The position numbers and the translations under genes are program-made. The notes below the pieces were generated by a model. The model ran no database searches, had not been told where the DNA came from, and worked only from the letters and a program-made list of their open reading frames with translations. Positions 53,067-61,905 of a DNA stretch of 64,000 nt are shown one piece after another (positions within the stretch are counted from its first letter, which is position 1; every line of letters begins with the position of its first letter). Source of the DNA: an uncultured Gammaproteobacteria bacterium (GTDB lineage Bacteria; Patescibacteriota; Microgenomatia; Levybacterales; GWA1-39-11); assembly GCA_964394645.1 (NCBI GenBank), contig CAYMYC010000001.1, forward strand, positions 47,241-111,240. Reading direction: 5' to 3'.

Positions 53067-55223
53067 TTGCTTATGGCAAGAAAGAGAAAATATAGCAAAA
53101 GAAGAAGAGGAAGTAGGTCAAGAAAAGGTGGCCTTCATGCTAGTACAATTTATCTTCTGTTCGCGCTCTCGCTAGCTGCTCTCTCGGGCGTATTATTTTT
53201 CTCTTTTATAGACAATTCAGGGGCTCTTGCTGATGTTAATAGATATTTAATAGGCTATTTTGGTTTGTTCTCGCTTCTTGTTCCAATAAATCTTTTACTA
53301 ATTGCAGGTGTTTTCAGCGGGGTGAAAGCAATTTCAAAGCTAAATATTGCAGCAGGTTTTTTTCTTTTTACCGCATGTCTTATCGCACTTCTACAAAGTG
53401 GGCTTGTAGGACAGGAATTATTTTTACAACTAAAGATGCTTTTAGGAGGTACACTTGCATACATTGTTTTTATTGCAGGAGTGCTTATTGGAATAATAGT
53501 ATTATTTAATCTTTCCGTATCTCAACTACTCCAAATAGTTACTGAAGTGATAAATAGCGTAACTAATGTTATTACTGAAAAGATAATTCCATTATTAAAG
53601 ACAAGAAGAAGCGTAGACAATATGAAGGCTATCAAAATTCAAGGCATGAAAGATGTACCCCAACCCGTATCCGTTCCTACTCCTATTACGGGGGTGAAGC
53701 AGCCTGTAGCTTCAAAGAAGGAGGGTGACACGGTTGATGAACTAGTTCTTAATAAGCCTTTGGAGTTAGGTATGTGGGAGTATCCTCCACTATCATTACT
53801 TTCCGATCATCATAGTAAAGCTGAGCGTGGAGATGTAAAAAAAATAGCTGCTACTATAGAGCGAACTCTTCAGAGCTTTGGAATTCAGTCAAAAATTGTT
53901 GAGATAAATGTAGGTCCGTCAGTTACTCAGTATGCAATTGAAATTGCTTCTGGAACAAAACTTTCAAAGATTACAGGTCTTGCAAACGACTTAGCGCTTG
54001 CTACGGAAGCGCCAACCGGGCAAGTTAGAATTGAAGCGCCTATTCCCGGCAGAAGTCTGGTGGGTATAGAGGTTCCAAACAGATCATTAGAGTTAGTTGG
54101 TCTCAAGACTATGCTATCATCCCAGGTTATGCAGAAGGCTAAATCAAAGCTCTCAGTTCCTTTGGGGTTAGATGTTTCTGGCACACCAATTATTGCGGAT
54201 ATTGCCAAGATGCCACATGTGCTCATTGCAGGAACTACGGGTTCGGGAAAATCTGTACTCATTAATGCATGGGTTTCATCTTTATTATTTAGAGCAAGCC
54301 CATCTGAAGTCAAATTTATCATGATCGATCCTAAAAGAGTTGAGCTGACCGGCTATAATAATATCCCACATCTTTTAGTTCCAGTAGTTGTTGAAGCGGC
54401 CCAGTCAGTTTCAGCTCTTAAGTGGGCACTAAAAGAGATGGATAGAAGATATATAAAATTTGCAGAAAGCGGAGTAAAAAATATTGATTCGTATAATGAA
54501 TTAGCAGGGTTTCAGGCGCTGCCTTATATTGTAATATTTATCGATGAGCTTGCTGATCTTATGGCTCTTGCTCCGGTAGAGGTAGAAGACTCTATTGCAA
54601 GACTGGCACAAATGGCGCGAGCTACAGGGATTCATCTAATTTTATCTACGCAAAGACCATCAGTTGATGTACTTACTGGATTAATTAAAGCAAATGTACC
54701 GTCACGCATCTCATTTTCAGTGTCCTCGATGATAGATTCAAAAGTTATTATTGATACCCCTGGAGCTGAAAAATTGTTAGGGCGGGGAGATATGTTATAT
54801 ATTCCACCTGATCAGGCGAAGCCTACTCGTATTCAAGGAGCATTTCTTTCAGAGCAGGATGTGAAACGTCTTACGAATTTTATTAAATCCAGAGGTGTTC
54901 CAGTTGAGTACACAACAGAAGTTGTCGAGCAGCAAGTAAACATAAAGGGTAGGGCAGGAATAAGTGGATCCCAAAATACCGATACGGGAGATGGGAAAGA
55001 TGACTTTTTTGAGCAGGCAGTAAGGATTGTTTGTCAGTATGATCGTGCATCATCGTCTCTTCTGCAAAGAAAACTTCAGGTTGGATTTAATCGAGCAGCA
55101 CGTATTTTGGAACAGTTGGAGGAGGCAGGTGTGGTTGGACCTGGAGATGGTAGCAAACCACGAGAGGTACTAGTTACAGATCCTGACACATTTCTTGCAA
55201 ATGCCTCGGGACCACAACAGTAA
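53067..55223 (+). CDS. ftsK: DNA translocase FtsK/SpoIIIE
   Basis: N-terminal TM helices, Walker A GTTGSGKSV, Walker B FIDELADL, and a C-terminal gamma winged helix. Confidence 0.92.
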   Translation: MLMARKRKYSKRRRGSRSRKGGLHASTIYLLFALSLAALSGVLFFSFIDNSGALADVNRYLIGYFGLFSLLVPINLLLIAGVFSGVKAISKLNIAAGFFLFTACLIALLQSGLVGQELFLQLKMLLGGTLAYIVFIAGVLIGIIVLFNLSVSQLLQIVTEVINSVTNVITEKIIPLLKTRRSVDNMKAIKIQGMKDVPQPVSVPTPITGVKQPVASKKEGDTVDELVLNKPLELGMWEYPPLSLLSDHHSKAERGDVKKIAATIERTLQSFGIQSKIVEINVGPSVTQYAIEIASGTKLSKITGLANDLALATEAPTGQVRIEAPIPGRSLVGIEVPNRSLELVGLKTMLSSQVMQKAKSKLSVPLGLDVSGTPIIADIAKMPHVLIAGTTGSGKSVLINAWVSSLLFRASPSEVKFIMIDPKRVELTGYNNIPHLLVPVVVEAAQSVSALKWALKEMDRRYIKFAESGVKNIDSYNELAGFQALPYIVIFIDELADLMALAPVEVEDSIARLAQMARATGIHLILSTQRPSVDVLTGLIKANVPSRISFSVSSMIDSKVIIDTPGAEKLLGRGDMLYIPPDQAKPTRIQGAFLSEQDVKRLTNFIKSRGVPVEYTTEVVEQQVNIKGRAGISGSQNTDTGDGKDDFFEQAVRIVCQYDRASSSLLQRKLQVGFNRAARILEQLEEAGVVGPGDGSKPREVLVTDPDTFLANASGPQQ

Positions 55224-55243
55224 TCAATTTTACAGCTTCTACA

Positions 55244-55870
55244 ATGAGAAATATTAGTGATATTTTAAAAGAGGAAAGAGAGAGGAAGGGCTTGTCAATT
55301 GACGATGTTGTTAGTGCTACAAAGATTAGAAAGAGTTTTATCAACGCAATTGAGAGGGGAGAGTTTCAACAGCTTCCTTCTGAAACATACGCACTTGGTT
55401 TTGTAAAAAACTATGCGCATTTCCTGGGTCTATCAGAAAGTCGAGCTTCAGCGCTATACAGACGTGAGCATGAAGCAAAATATATTGAAATTTTGCCGAA
55501 ATTTAGAAAAGGGAACGTTTCTTCAGGCAGAAGATTTATGCTGCGTTCACCAAAGGGTTACCTAGTAGCTGCAATAGCCTTGGTAGTTATTACATATATT
55601 ATTTATCAATTTAGCTTTCTTTTTTTAGGACCAAAATTAAGTGTTATAACTCCAAAAAATAATCAAAATGTTGTAAACGTTATTTCTGTTTCAGGTAAAA
55701 CTGATCCTTATGCGACTATCCTCGTGAACAATGAAGAGGTATACGTTGACTTATCTGGTAGTTTCAAAAAAAATATTTATGTATATTCAGGAGATGAAAA
55801 AATTGTTGTTATAGCAAAAAACAGATACGGCAAGGAAACAAAAAAAGAAATTCCCATAAGAGTAAATTAA
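55244..55870 (+). CDS. RodZ-like cytoskeleton-associated protein (XRE-type HTH, a TM helix, and a C-terminal beta domain)
   Basis: SIDDVVSATKIRKSFINAIERGEFQQLPSETYALGFVKNYAHFLGL. Single TM helix LVAAIALVVITYIIY. Confidence 0.6.
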   Translation: MRNISDILKEERERKGLSIDDVVSATKIRKSFINAIERGEFQQLPSETYALGFVKNYAHFLGLSESRASALYRREHEAKYIEILPKFRKGNVSSGRRFMLRSPKGYLVAAIALVVITYIIYQFSFLFLGPKLSVITPKNNQNVVNVISVSGKTDPYATILVNNEEVYVDLSGSFKKNIYVYSGDEKIVVIAKNRYGKETKKEIPIRVN

Positions 55871-55988
55871 TACTTGCATAATAGAATATGTCGATCTTGA
55901 TTGCAGTAGTTACATGAGGATTTGATTAGTTTGAGCTATTTTAGCGTATTGATTTTGTAATTTTCACATGATACTCTGAATCACTGCC

Positions 55989-56252
55989 ATGATTGATACT
56001 GTCCAACTTGTATTACTATTTGTTATTGTTTTGCTTGCTGTATTATTTGTAATACTTGGAATTCAGGTTTTTCTTATTCTGCGAGAACTAAGAACCACGC
56101 TTATTAAAACAAATAAAATTTTAGATGAAGTAGACTCACTCACGGAGAGTGTTTCAGAACCTTTATCGTTTATTTCAGGTCTCCTCTTTTCATCAAAAAC
56201 ATTTGCTACAATTGCAAGCTTTCTTCGGCGGAGTAAGGAAAAACATGAATAA
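55989..56252 (+). CDS. small membrane protein, DUF948-like (tentative)
   Basis: N-terminal TM helix followed by a coiled-coil-prone region. Overlaps the next gene by 8 nt. Confidence 0.4.
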   Translation: MIDTVQLVLLFVIVLLAVLFVILGIQVFLILRELRTTLIKTNKILDEVDSLTESVSEPLSFISGLLFSSKTFATIASFLRRSKEKHE

Positions 56253-56580
56253 TTCACATCACGAAAAAAAAGGCGGAAATTTCTTTAACGGTTTTTTTTG
56301 GGGAGCTGTTTTAGGTGGAGGATTCGCCTATCTTTTATCTACGAAAAGAGGAAGAGACCTTCTAAAGGATCTCATTTCTGATGGTGTAGATATGCTAGAT
56401 GGATTAACGCAAGAACCAGAGATTGCAGAGGAAGAGCAGTACGCAGCAACAGAAGAACCATTTATTGTCGAAGAGCAAGATGATGCAGGAGCACCTGCAG
56501 TAGAGGCAAAGCAGCATGCGCAGAGGGAGACTTCTTCTCCTCTCGTTAAGAAAAGATTCTTTAAAGCATCAAAAAAATGA
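56245..56580 (+). CDS. YtxH-like glycine-zipper membrane protein
   Basis: MNNSHHEKKGGNFFNGFFWGAVLGGGFAYLLSTKRGRDLLKDL... The track ORF starts upstream at 56149 but overlaps the previous gene in another frame. AAGGAA lies upstream of ATG 56245. Confidence 0.5.
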   Translation: MNNSHHEKKGGNFFNGFFWGAVLGGGFAYLLSTKRGRDLLKDLISDGVDMLDGLTQEPEIAEEEQYAATEEPFIVEEQDDAGAPAVEAKQHAQRETSSPLVKKRFFKASKK

Positions 56581-56660
56581 TATTAATTTGTATATTCGCC
56601 GACGATATACTATAATACTAATTCTTCTGTTGATGGCTTACAGAGGAATATATAAAAATC

Positions 56661-57614
56661 ATGGCTAAAAACGTTGTTGTTATCGGAGGCGGAACAGGTA
56701 TCTTTTCAGTTCTTACAGGTCTTAAAAAGTACGGTTATAACCTCTCTGCAATTGTATCTATGGCAGATGACGGCGGATCAACAGGTATACTTCGAGAAGA
56801 GTTTGGAACTCTTCCTCCAGGCGATATTCGCCGTGCGTTGGTAGCACTTTCTGCTACTGATAATAAAATAGTCTCAGAACTTTTTAACTATAGATTTTCA
56901 GGAAAAGGATCTCTTGGTGGACATAGTTTAGGGAACCTCCTTTTAACTGCGCTTGAGAAAATAACCGGGTCATTTGACCAAGCAGTGAAAGAAGCTGTAA
57001 AGATTTTAAACGTTGAAGGTGGAGTAATTCCTGTAACGCTTCTTTCAACCTCTCTTGTTGCTGAATTAGCAGATGGAACCGTTATTAAAGGCGAAACAAA
57101 TATTGATATTCCTAAGCATGATGGAAGCGTTCCAGTAAAACGCGTATATCTTAATCCTGAGGTGTTGGCAAATCCAGAAGCTGTTGCTGCAATAAAGAAT
57201 GCAGATGTTGTAATCTTGGGTCCTGGAGATTTATATACATCTATTTTGCCAAATTTAGTAGTAAAAGATATAGCCCAAGCGCTTCACGAGACGCATGCGA
57301 AAATTGTTTATATTGTAAATATTATGACAAAATTTGGTGAAACATACGGATTTAAGGCATCAGATTTTGTGCGTGTTGTACAAGAGCATTTGGGGGGTAA
57401 GATTATTGACTATTGTCTGATCAATACTGAATTAGGAACAGGAGCATTATTAAAACGATATCAAGAGGACAGGGAAGAACCCGTTGCATATGACAATAGC
57501 AACTTTACGAATGGGGTAAAGGTAATAGCTGGAGATTTTCTAAGAAAAGGAAAATATCTTCGCCATGATCCTAAGAAAATTGCGAAGGCACTCACTGAAA
57601 TAATAAATGGATAA
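56661..57614 (+). CDS. yvcK: YvcK/UPF0052 family protein (gluconeogenesis factor, CofD-like)
   Basis: VVVIGGGTGIFSVLTGLK...IVSMADDGGSTGILR... Confidence 0.85.
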   Translation: MAKNVVVIGGGTGIFSVLTGLKKYGYNLSAIVSMADDGGSTGILREEFGTLPPGDIRRALVALSATDNKIVSELFNYRFSGKGSLGGHSLGNLLLTALEKITGSFDQAVKEAVKILNVEGGVIPVTLLSTSLVAELADGTVIKGETNIDIPKHDGSVPVKRVYLNPEVLANPEAVAAIKNADVVILGPGDLYTSILPNLVVKDIAQALHETHAKIVYIVNIMTKFGETYGFKASDFVRVVQEHLGGKIIDYCLINTELGTGALLKRYQEDREEPVAYDNSNFTNGVKVIAGDFLRKGKYLRHDPKKIAKALTEIING

Positions 57615-58224
57615 AAAAGAAAAAGCGAAAGTTATAGCATCAAAGCTCCAAAAATTATATCCTCATCCCAAAACTCCCTTATTATACGACAGCCCATGGG
57701 AACTGTATGTGGCAGTTGCTCTTTCTGCTCAACAAACGGATGTGGGAGTCAATAAGCTGACTCCTCACCTTTTTAAGAAGTATAAAAAGGTGGTCGACTA
57801 TAGAAATGTGCCGTTGGAAGATTTTGAAAATGATATCAAGACAATAAATTTTTATAAGGGTAAGGCAAAAGCAATTAAAGCGGCTGCTGAAATAGTAACG
57901 ACTGAATATGGCGGAAAGCTGCCTGATACTATGCAGCAGCTTTTAAGCCTGCCTTTTATAGGGCGCAAAACTGCCAACGTAATTCTTCAGGAAGTATTTG
58001 GGAAAGTTGAAGGGGTTGTAATAGACACCCATGTTAAAAGACTGGTAAATCTTTTTGGATTAACCTCGCATCAAGATCCCATAAAAATAGAAAAAGATTT
58101 AATGGAGTTGTTGCCACAAGAAAAATGGCATGACTTTGCTTTGGGACTGATCTACTATGGTAGAGAGTACTGTAAGTCTTCATGTAAGCATAGCGATTGT
58201 CCTCTTAGAAAGTATATTAACTAA
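57607..58224 (+). CDS. nth: endonuclease III (Nth) family HhH-GPD glycosylase with a non-canonical 3-Cys C-terminus
   Basis: VALSAQQTDVGVNKLTPHLF, HhH LPFIGRKTANVIL, and the catalytic-Asp context VIDTHV. The C-terminus is YCKSSCKHSDCPL (C-x3-C-x4-C) rather than C-x6-C-x2-C-x5-C. Confidence 0.88.
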   Translation: MDKKEKAKVIASKLQKLYPHPKTPLLYDSPWELYVAVALSAQQTDVGVNKLTPHLFKKYKKVVDYRNVPLEDFENDIKTINFYKGKAKAIKAAAEIVTTEYGGKLPDTMQQLLSLPFIGRKTANVILQEVFGKVEGVVIDTHVKRLVNLFGLTSHQDPIKIEKDLMELLPQEKWHDFALGLIYYGREYCKSSCKHSDCPLRKYIN

Positions 58225-58411
58225 AAAGGATTGATGCAGGGTGTAGCAACAAATACAGTTATCTATATTCATTAACACAATCTCACATCTTAAAAATATA
58301 CTCGATTCAATTTAAGCTATCCATGCGCATAAAACGTAACTTATTCCCCTTTCATAGAGATATATGTGTATTAATTGATAAGTCAACAAATACTAAAATA
58401 GTGTTAAGTTA

Positions 58412-60013
58412 GTGTTAGATTCGCGTCAAGCTCAAATCCCGCATTCCGTATACACTGCACATATTATGAAAGGTGGAGGAGTTGCAACAGTTGGTGCAGC
58501 AGGTAGCGCGGGTGTAGTAGGGAGAGCGTCTATCAGCCCTAAAGGTTCCATGCGGGGCTTTGGGGTATCTCTTTCGCTAGAAGCTCGTCCCGGAGGAGTA
58601 GTTAGCACATCCTCCCTTACGTCGCGCGACCGAGGCATGATGGTCAATAAATCCTCATTTTTTGGTTTGAACCAGAAGGGTATGATTGATAAATCTCGAC
58701 CAGTTTTTAAAGAAAAATTATCAGGTTTTCCTGTGGCGCGTGCGTTAGTATGGGGGACAGGAATATCACAAGTGTCAAGAGCTGATGTAACTCACCAAGC
58801 AGGCTCTCGGATGGAAGCAAGAATGAGCACAGCACAAAGAAATAAAGAATTTAATTTGAATCCTCCAAAAAACGAACAAAGCGTAAAAAGCAGTGATCAG
58901 TTAAAGAACACGATAATTTTGTGGCAAAGAAGCGCGGGGGAGCAGGCATCAAGAATATCAGAAGTATCAAATGAGGGAGATAAGAGAAGCGTGCAGGAGC
59001 AAGCAAAACCCAAGAAGTCTACAGTAGAACACTATAGGGCGCAGAGGATAGAAGGGGTTCAGAAAATTCGTGCCGTTAAAGAAAGAAAAGCTAGAAAATT
59101 ATCACATCAGGTAAGAATTTCAAAAGACGTACCACAGACCAAATTAGCTGAAATTAGAGCTGATATAAAAGACGCAAAAAAGACTATTTATGTCATTATG
59201 AAAGCGCGGGGTGTTTCTTATAAGGAAGCGCAAAATGAGCTAATAGTGCAACTCTCCCAAAAGCATTCTGTAAAAATAGAGGTAGTCGCGCAACCGCATG
59301 AAGATGTAAAACCTAAACAGTCGCCTGAAGCAAAGTCAAAGGTTCAACCCTTGATTGTTGCAGAAACAAAAGCACAGTATGCAGATTCATCAGATTTGAC
59401 AAAAGAGAATAAGAAAAAGAAAAGAGAAAATAGCGAAGGATATGCTGTCAGGACCAAACTTAAGAGGTGGATTTTCCATTTTATAAAACATGAAGAAGTA
59501 AATGACTTGAGGGTGGAAAAAGCTGTGGAGGCTTTTAGCCGCAGATTAGATAAGCAGGGTCCCTTTATTCTTCCGACCGGTAAAGAAATTGCTCAAGAAA
59601 TAGAAGAAAACGCTGGTCCAGAAATAAAAAGTGAAATCTCGGAATTCATGTTTAAAGATTATTCGTTTGATTTATTTCTTAATCAGATTTCCGTTTTAGG
59701 GCGGCTAATCATAGCGGATACTGCTTCTTTAAAGCCACTAATTAGAAAAATTGCAGATACTGCAACGGCTGTAAAATTCACACAAAATTCAAATGGTGGG
59801 CATATTGTATCTGAGCAGCAGGTTGCAACGGTTTTAGGAGGAGGCGTAGAGAAAAAAGATGTTTTTTTTGCTGAACATGATAAGTCTCTCGGTGATTTAG
59901 CTAAGGATTCCGAGGGAGATCTTTGGTTTATTCCTAAGAATAGATATCTTGGATCAGAATTAGGGACGAATTGGGCAATTTGTAATAAGTCAGAAAAAAT
60001 ATTCATAGAATAA
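58412..60013 (+). CDS. hypothetical protein (533 aa): Gly/Ala-rich N-terminus followed by K/E/Q-rich predicted helical regions
   Basis: An uninterrupted 1.6-kb frame in AT-rich DNA. No recognisable domain. The first 300 nt are GC-enriched. Confidence 0.5.
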   Translation: MLDSRQAQIPHSVYTAHIMKGGGVATVGAAGSAGVVGRASISPKGSMRGFGVSLSLEARPGGVVSTSSLTSRDRGMMVNKSSFFGLNQKGMIDKSRPVFKEKLSGFPVARALVWGTGISQVSRADVTHQAGSRMEARMSTAQRNKEFNLNPPKNEQSVKSSDQLKNTIILWQRSAGEQASRISEVSNEGDKRSVQEQAKPKKSTVEHYRAQRIEGVQKIRAVKERKARKLSHQVRISKDVPQTKLAEIRADIKDAKKTIYVIMKARGVSYKEAQNELIVQLSQKHSVKIEVVAQPHEDVKPKQSPEAKSKVQPLIVAETKAQYADSSDLTKENKKKKRENSEGYAVRTKLKRWIFHFIKHEEVNDLRVEKAVEAFSRRLDKQGPFILPTGKEIAQEIEENAGPEIKSEISEFMFKDYSFDLFLNQISVLGRLIIADTASLKPLIRKIADTATAVKFTQNSNGGHIVSEQQVATVLGGGVEKKDVFFAEHDKSLGDLAKDSEGDLWFIPKNRYLGSELGTNWAICNKSEKIFIE

Positions 60014-60031
60014 CTTTGCCGAGTTTTAAAA

Positions 60032-61900
60032 GTGTGGTACAATTTGAGCACTGTGCAAGCATATCAGATTGTTAAAAAATATATTGAGTTTTTTGAAAAA
60101 AAAGGTCACAGACGAATAGAAAATTCTTCTCTTGTTCCGCTTAATGACCCTACTACTCTGTTCACATCTTCGGGAATGCAACCACTCGTACCTTATTTAT
60201 TGGGAGAGATTCATCCAGCAGGAAAAAGGCTGGTTAATGTTCAGAACTCTTTTAGGGCACAGGATATTGATGAAATAGGCGATAACAGACACACTACATT
60301 TTTTAGAATGCTTGGAAACTGGTCATTAGGTGATTACTTTAAAAAAGATCAAATCTCATGGTTTTTCGATTTTTTAATAAAGGATCTAGGGATTGATCCT
60401 GAAAAATTATTTGTAACAGTTTTTGAGGGCTCTGAGGATATTCCTGAAGATATCGAATCAATACATATTTGGAAAGAGGAATTTAAAAAAGTGGGAATAG
60501 ACGCAGAGGTAGGAAGCAGAATATTTAAATACGGTGTATCAAAGAATTGGTGGAGTAGATCGGGTACGCCAGATAAGATGCCAGTAGGAGAACCGGGAGG
60601 ACCAGACACAGAAGTGTTTTATGATTTTGAAACTGAGCATGACATGAGCTTTGGTGAGAAATGTCATGTGAATTGTGATTGTGGAAGATATTTGGAAATT
60701 GGAAATTCTGTCTTTATGCAATATGTAAAGACTACTAATGAATTTCAGGAGATGCCTCAAAAAAACGTAGATTTTGGTGGAGGCTTAGAGAGATTAGTTG
60801 CGGTGACAGAAGGAAAGACTGATATATTTGAAACATCTCTTTTTGCTCCAATAATTGGTGTGATAGAAAAAATTTCAGGTAAAAAGTATGAAACAAATAA
60901 ACGCGATATGAGAATAGTTGCTGATCATCTAACAGCGGCAATTTTTATTACCACAAATAATGTATCCCCATCTAATAAGGAGCAGGGATATGTGCTGCGT
61001 CGACTCATAAGGCGTGCTGTTGACAGTTTGCATATTCTGGAAACTCAAGATGTCGAGCCAGTAATCGATACAATTGTTAACTCATACAAAGATACAGACC
61101 CACATTTAGTAGAAAAATATGAATTAGTTAAAAACACAATTATTCAAGAAATTGGGTTATATAAAAAGGCGCTAGATAGTGGAAAGCGGATGATAGAAAA
61201 AGAATTATCAAGTGGAAAAAAAGTGGGCGATGATTTATTTGGAACAATTGAGATTTCAGCGGATACGGCATTCAAAGCAATCACTTCTTTCGGATTGGGT
61301 CCTACACAATTAAGAAGTTTAGGATACACATTCGATGCCCAGAAGTTAGCAGATAACATAAAAGCTCATCAAGATCTTTCACGTAAAGGTTCTTCACAGA
61401 AATTTTCGGGAGGACTTGCTGATCATTCTGAAAAAACAATTATGGGACACACCGCAACTCATCTTATGCATCAGGCATTAAGAGATATGTTTGGTGTAGG
61501 ACTTCACCAAACTGGGAGTAATATAACAAGCGAGAGGGTAAGATTTGATTTTAATTTTAACCGTAAATTAACTGTAGGTGAGATAAAAAGACTTGAGGAT
61601 ACGGTTAATGGAAAGATAGAGGAGGACATACCTGTTCACTTTGAATTGATGCCGGTATCTCAGGCTAAAAATTTAGGAGCAATTGGATTATTTGATGAAA
61701 AATACGCAACCGACGTAAAAATATACTTTATTGGAGGAGAAGAAAAAAAATCTGAGGGAGTACGTATAAAAGATTGGTATTCAGCAGAGTTTTGTGGTGG
61801 TCCTCACGTAAATTTTACAGGAGAGGTGAAAAGGTTTAGAATAATAAAGCAAGAATCTTTAGGACGTGGTCAGCAAAGATTATACTCTGTCGTTGGATAA
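60032..61900 (+). CDS. alaS: alanine--tRNA ligase (short form, 622 aa, lacking the C-terminal C-Ala domain)
   Basis: FFEKKGHRRIENSSLVPLNDPTTLFTSSGMQP, RHTTFFRMLGNWSLGDYFK, the editing-domain HxxxH (HTATHLMHQALRDMFG) and CGGPHV. GTG or TTG start. Confidence 0.92.
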   Translation: MWYNLSTVQAYQIVKKYIEFFEKKGHRRIENSSLVPLNDPTTLFTSSGMQPLVPYLLGEIHPAGKRLVNVQNSFRAQDIDEIGDNRHTTFFRMLGNWSLGDYFKKDQISWFFDFLIKDLGIDPEKLFVTVFEGSEDIPEDIESIHIWKEEFKKVGIDAEVGSRIFKYGVSKNWWSRSGTPDKMPVGEPGGPDTEVFYDFETEHDMSFGEKCHVNCDCGRYLEIGNSVFMQYVKTTNEFQEMPQKNVDFGGGLERLVAVTEGKTDIFETSLFAPIIGVIEKISGKKYETNKRDMRIVADHLTAAIFITTNNVSPSNKEQGYVLRRLIRRAVDSLHILETQDVEPVIDTIVNSYKDTDPHLVEKYELVKNTIIQEIGLYKKALDSGKRMIEKELSSGKKVGDDLFGTIEISADTAFKAITSFGLGPTQLRSLGYTFDAQKLADNIKAHQDLSRKGSSQKFSGGLADHSEKTIMGHTATHLMHQALRDMFGVGLHQTGSNITSERVRFDFNFNRKLTVGEIKRLEDTVNGKIEEDIPVHFELMPVSQAKNLGAIGLFDEKYATDVKIYFIGGEEKKSEGVRIKDWYSAEFCGGPHVNFTGEVKRFRIIKQESLGRGQQRLYSVVG

Positions 61901-61905
61901 ATTTT

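Noticed and set aside
56149-56244. Upstream extension of the YtxH-like ORF (track start 56149)
   Set aside because: It overlaps the preceding DUF948-like gene in another frame for about 100 nt. The ATG at 56245 has an RBS and yields the family-typical N-terminus.
58440-58700. GC-rich stretch with GAAAGGUGG...GGUGCAGCAGGUAGCGCGGGUG, vaguely resembling RNase P RNA CR-IV
   Set aside because: The P4/CR-I motif (AGGAAAGUCCGGGCUCC) and the CR-V motif are absent. The region is in-frame inside a 1.6-kb ORF with Gly/Ala codons that explain the GC content.
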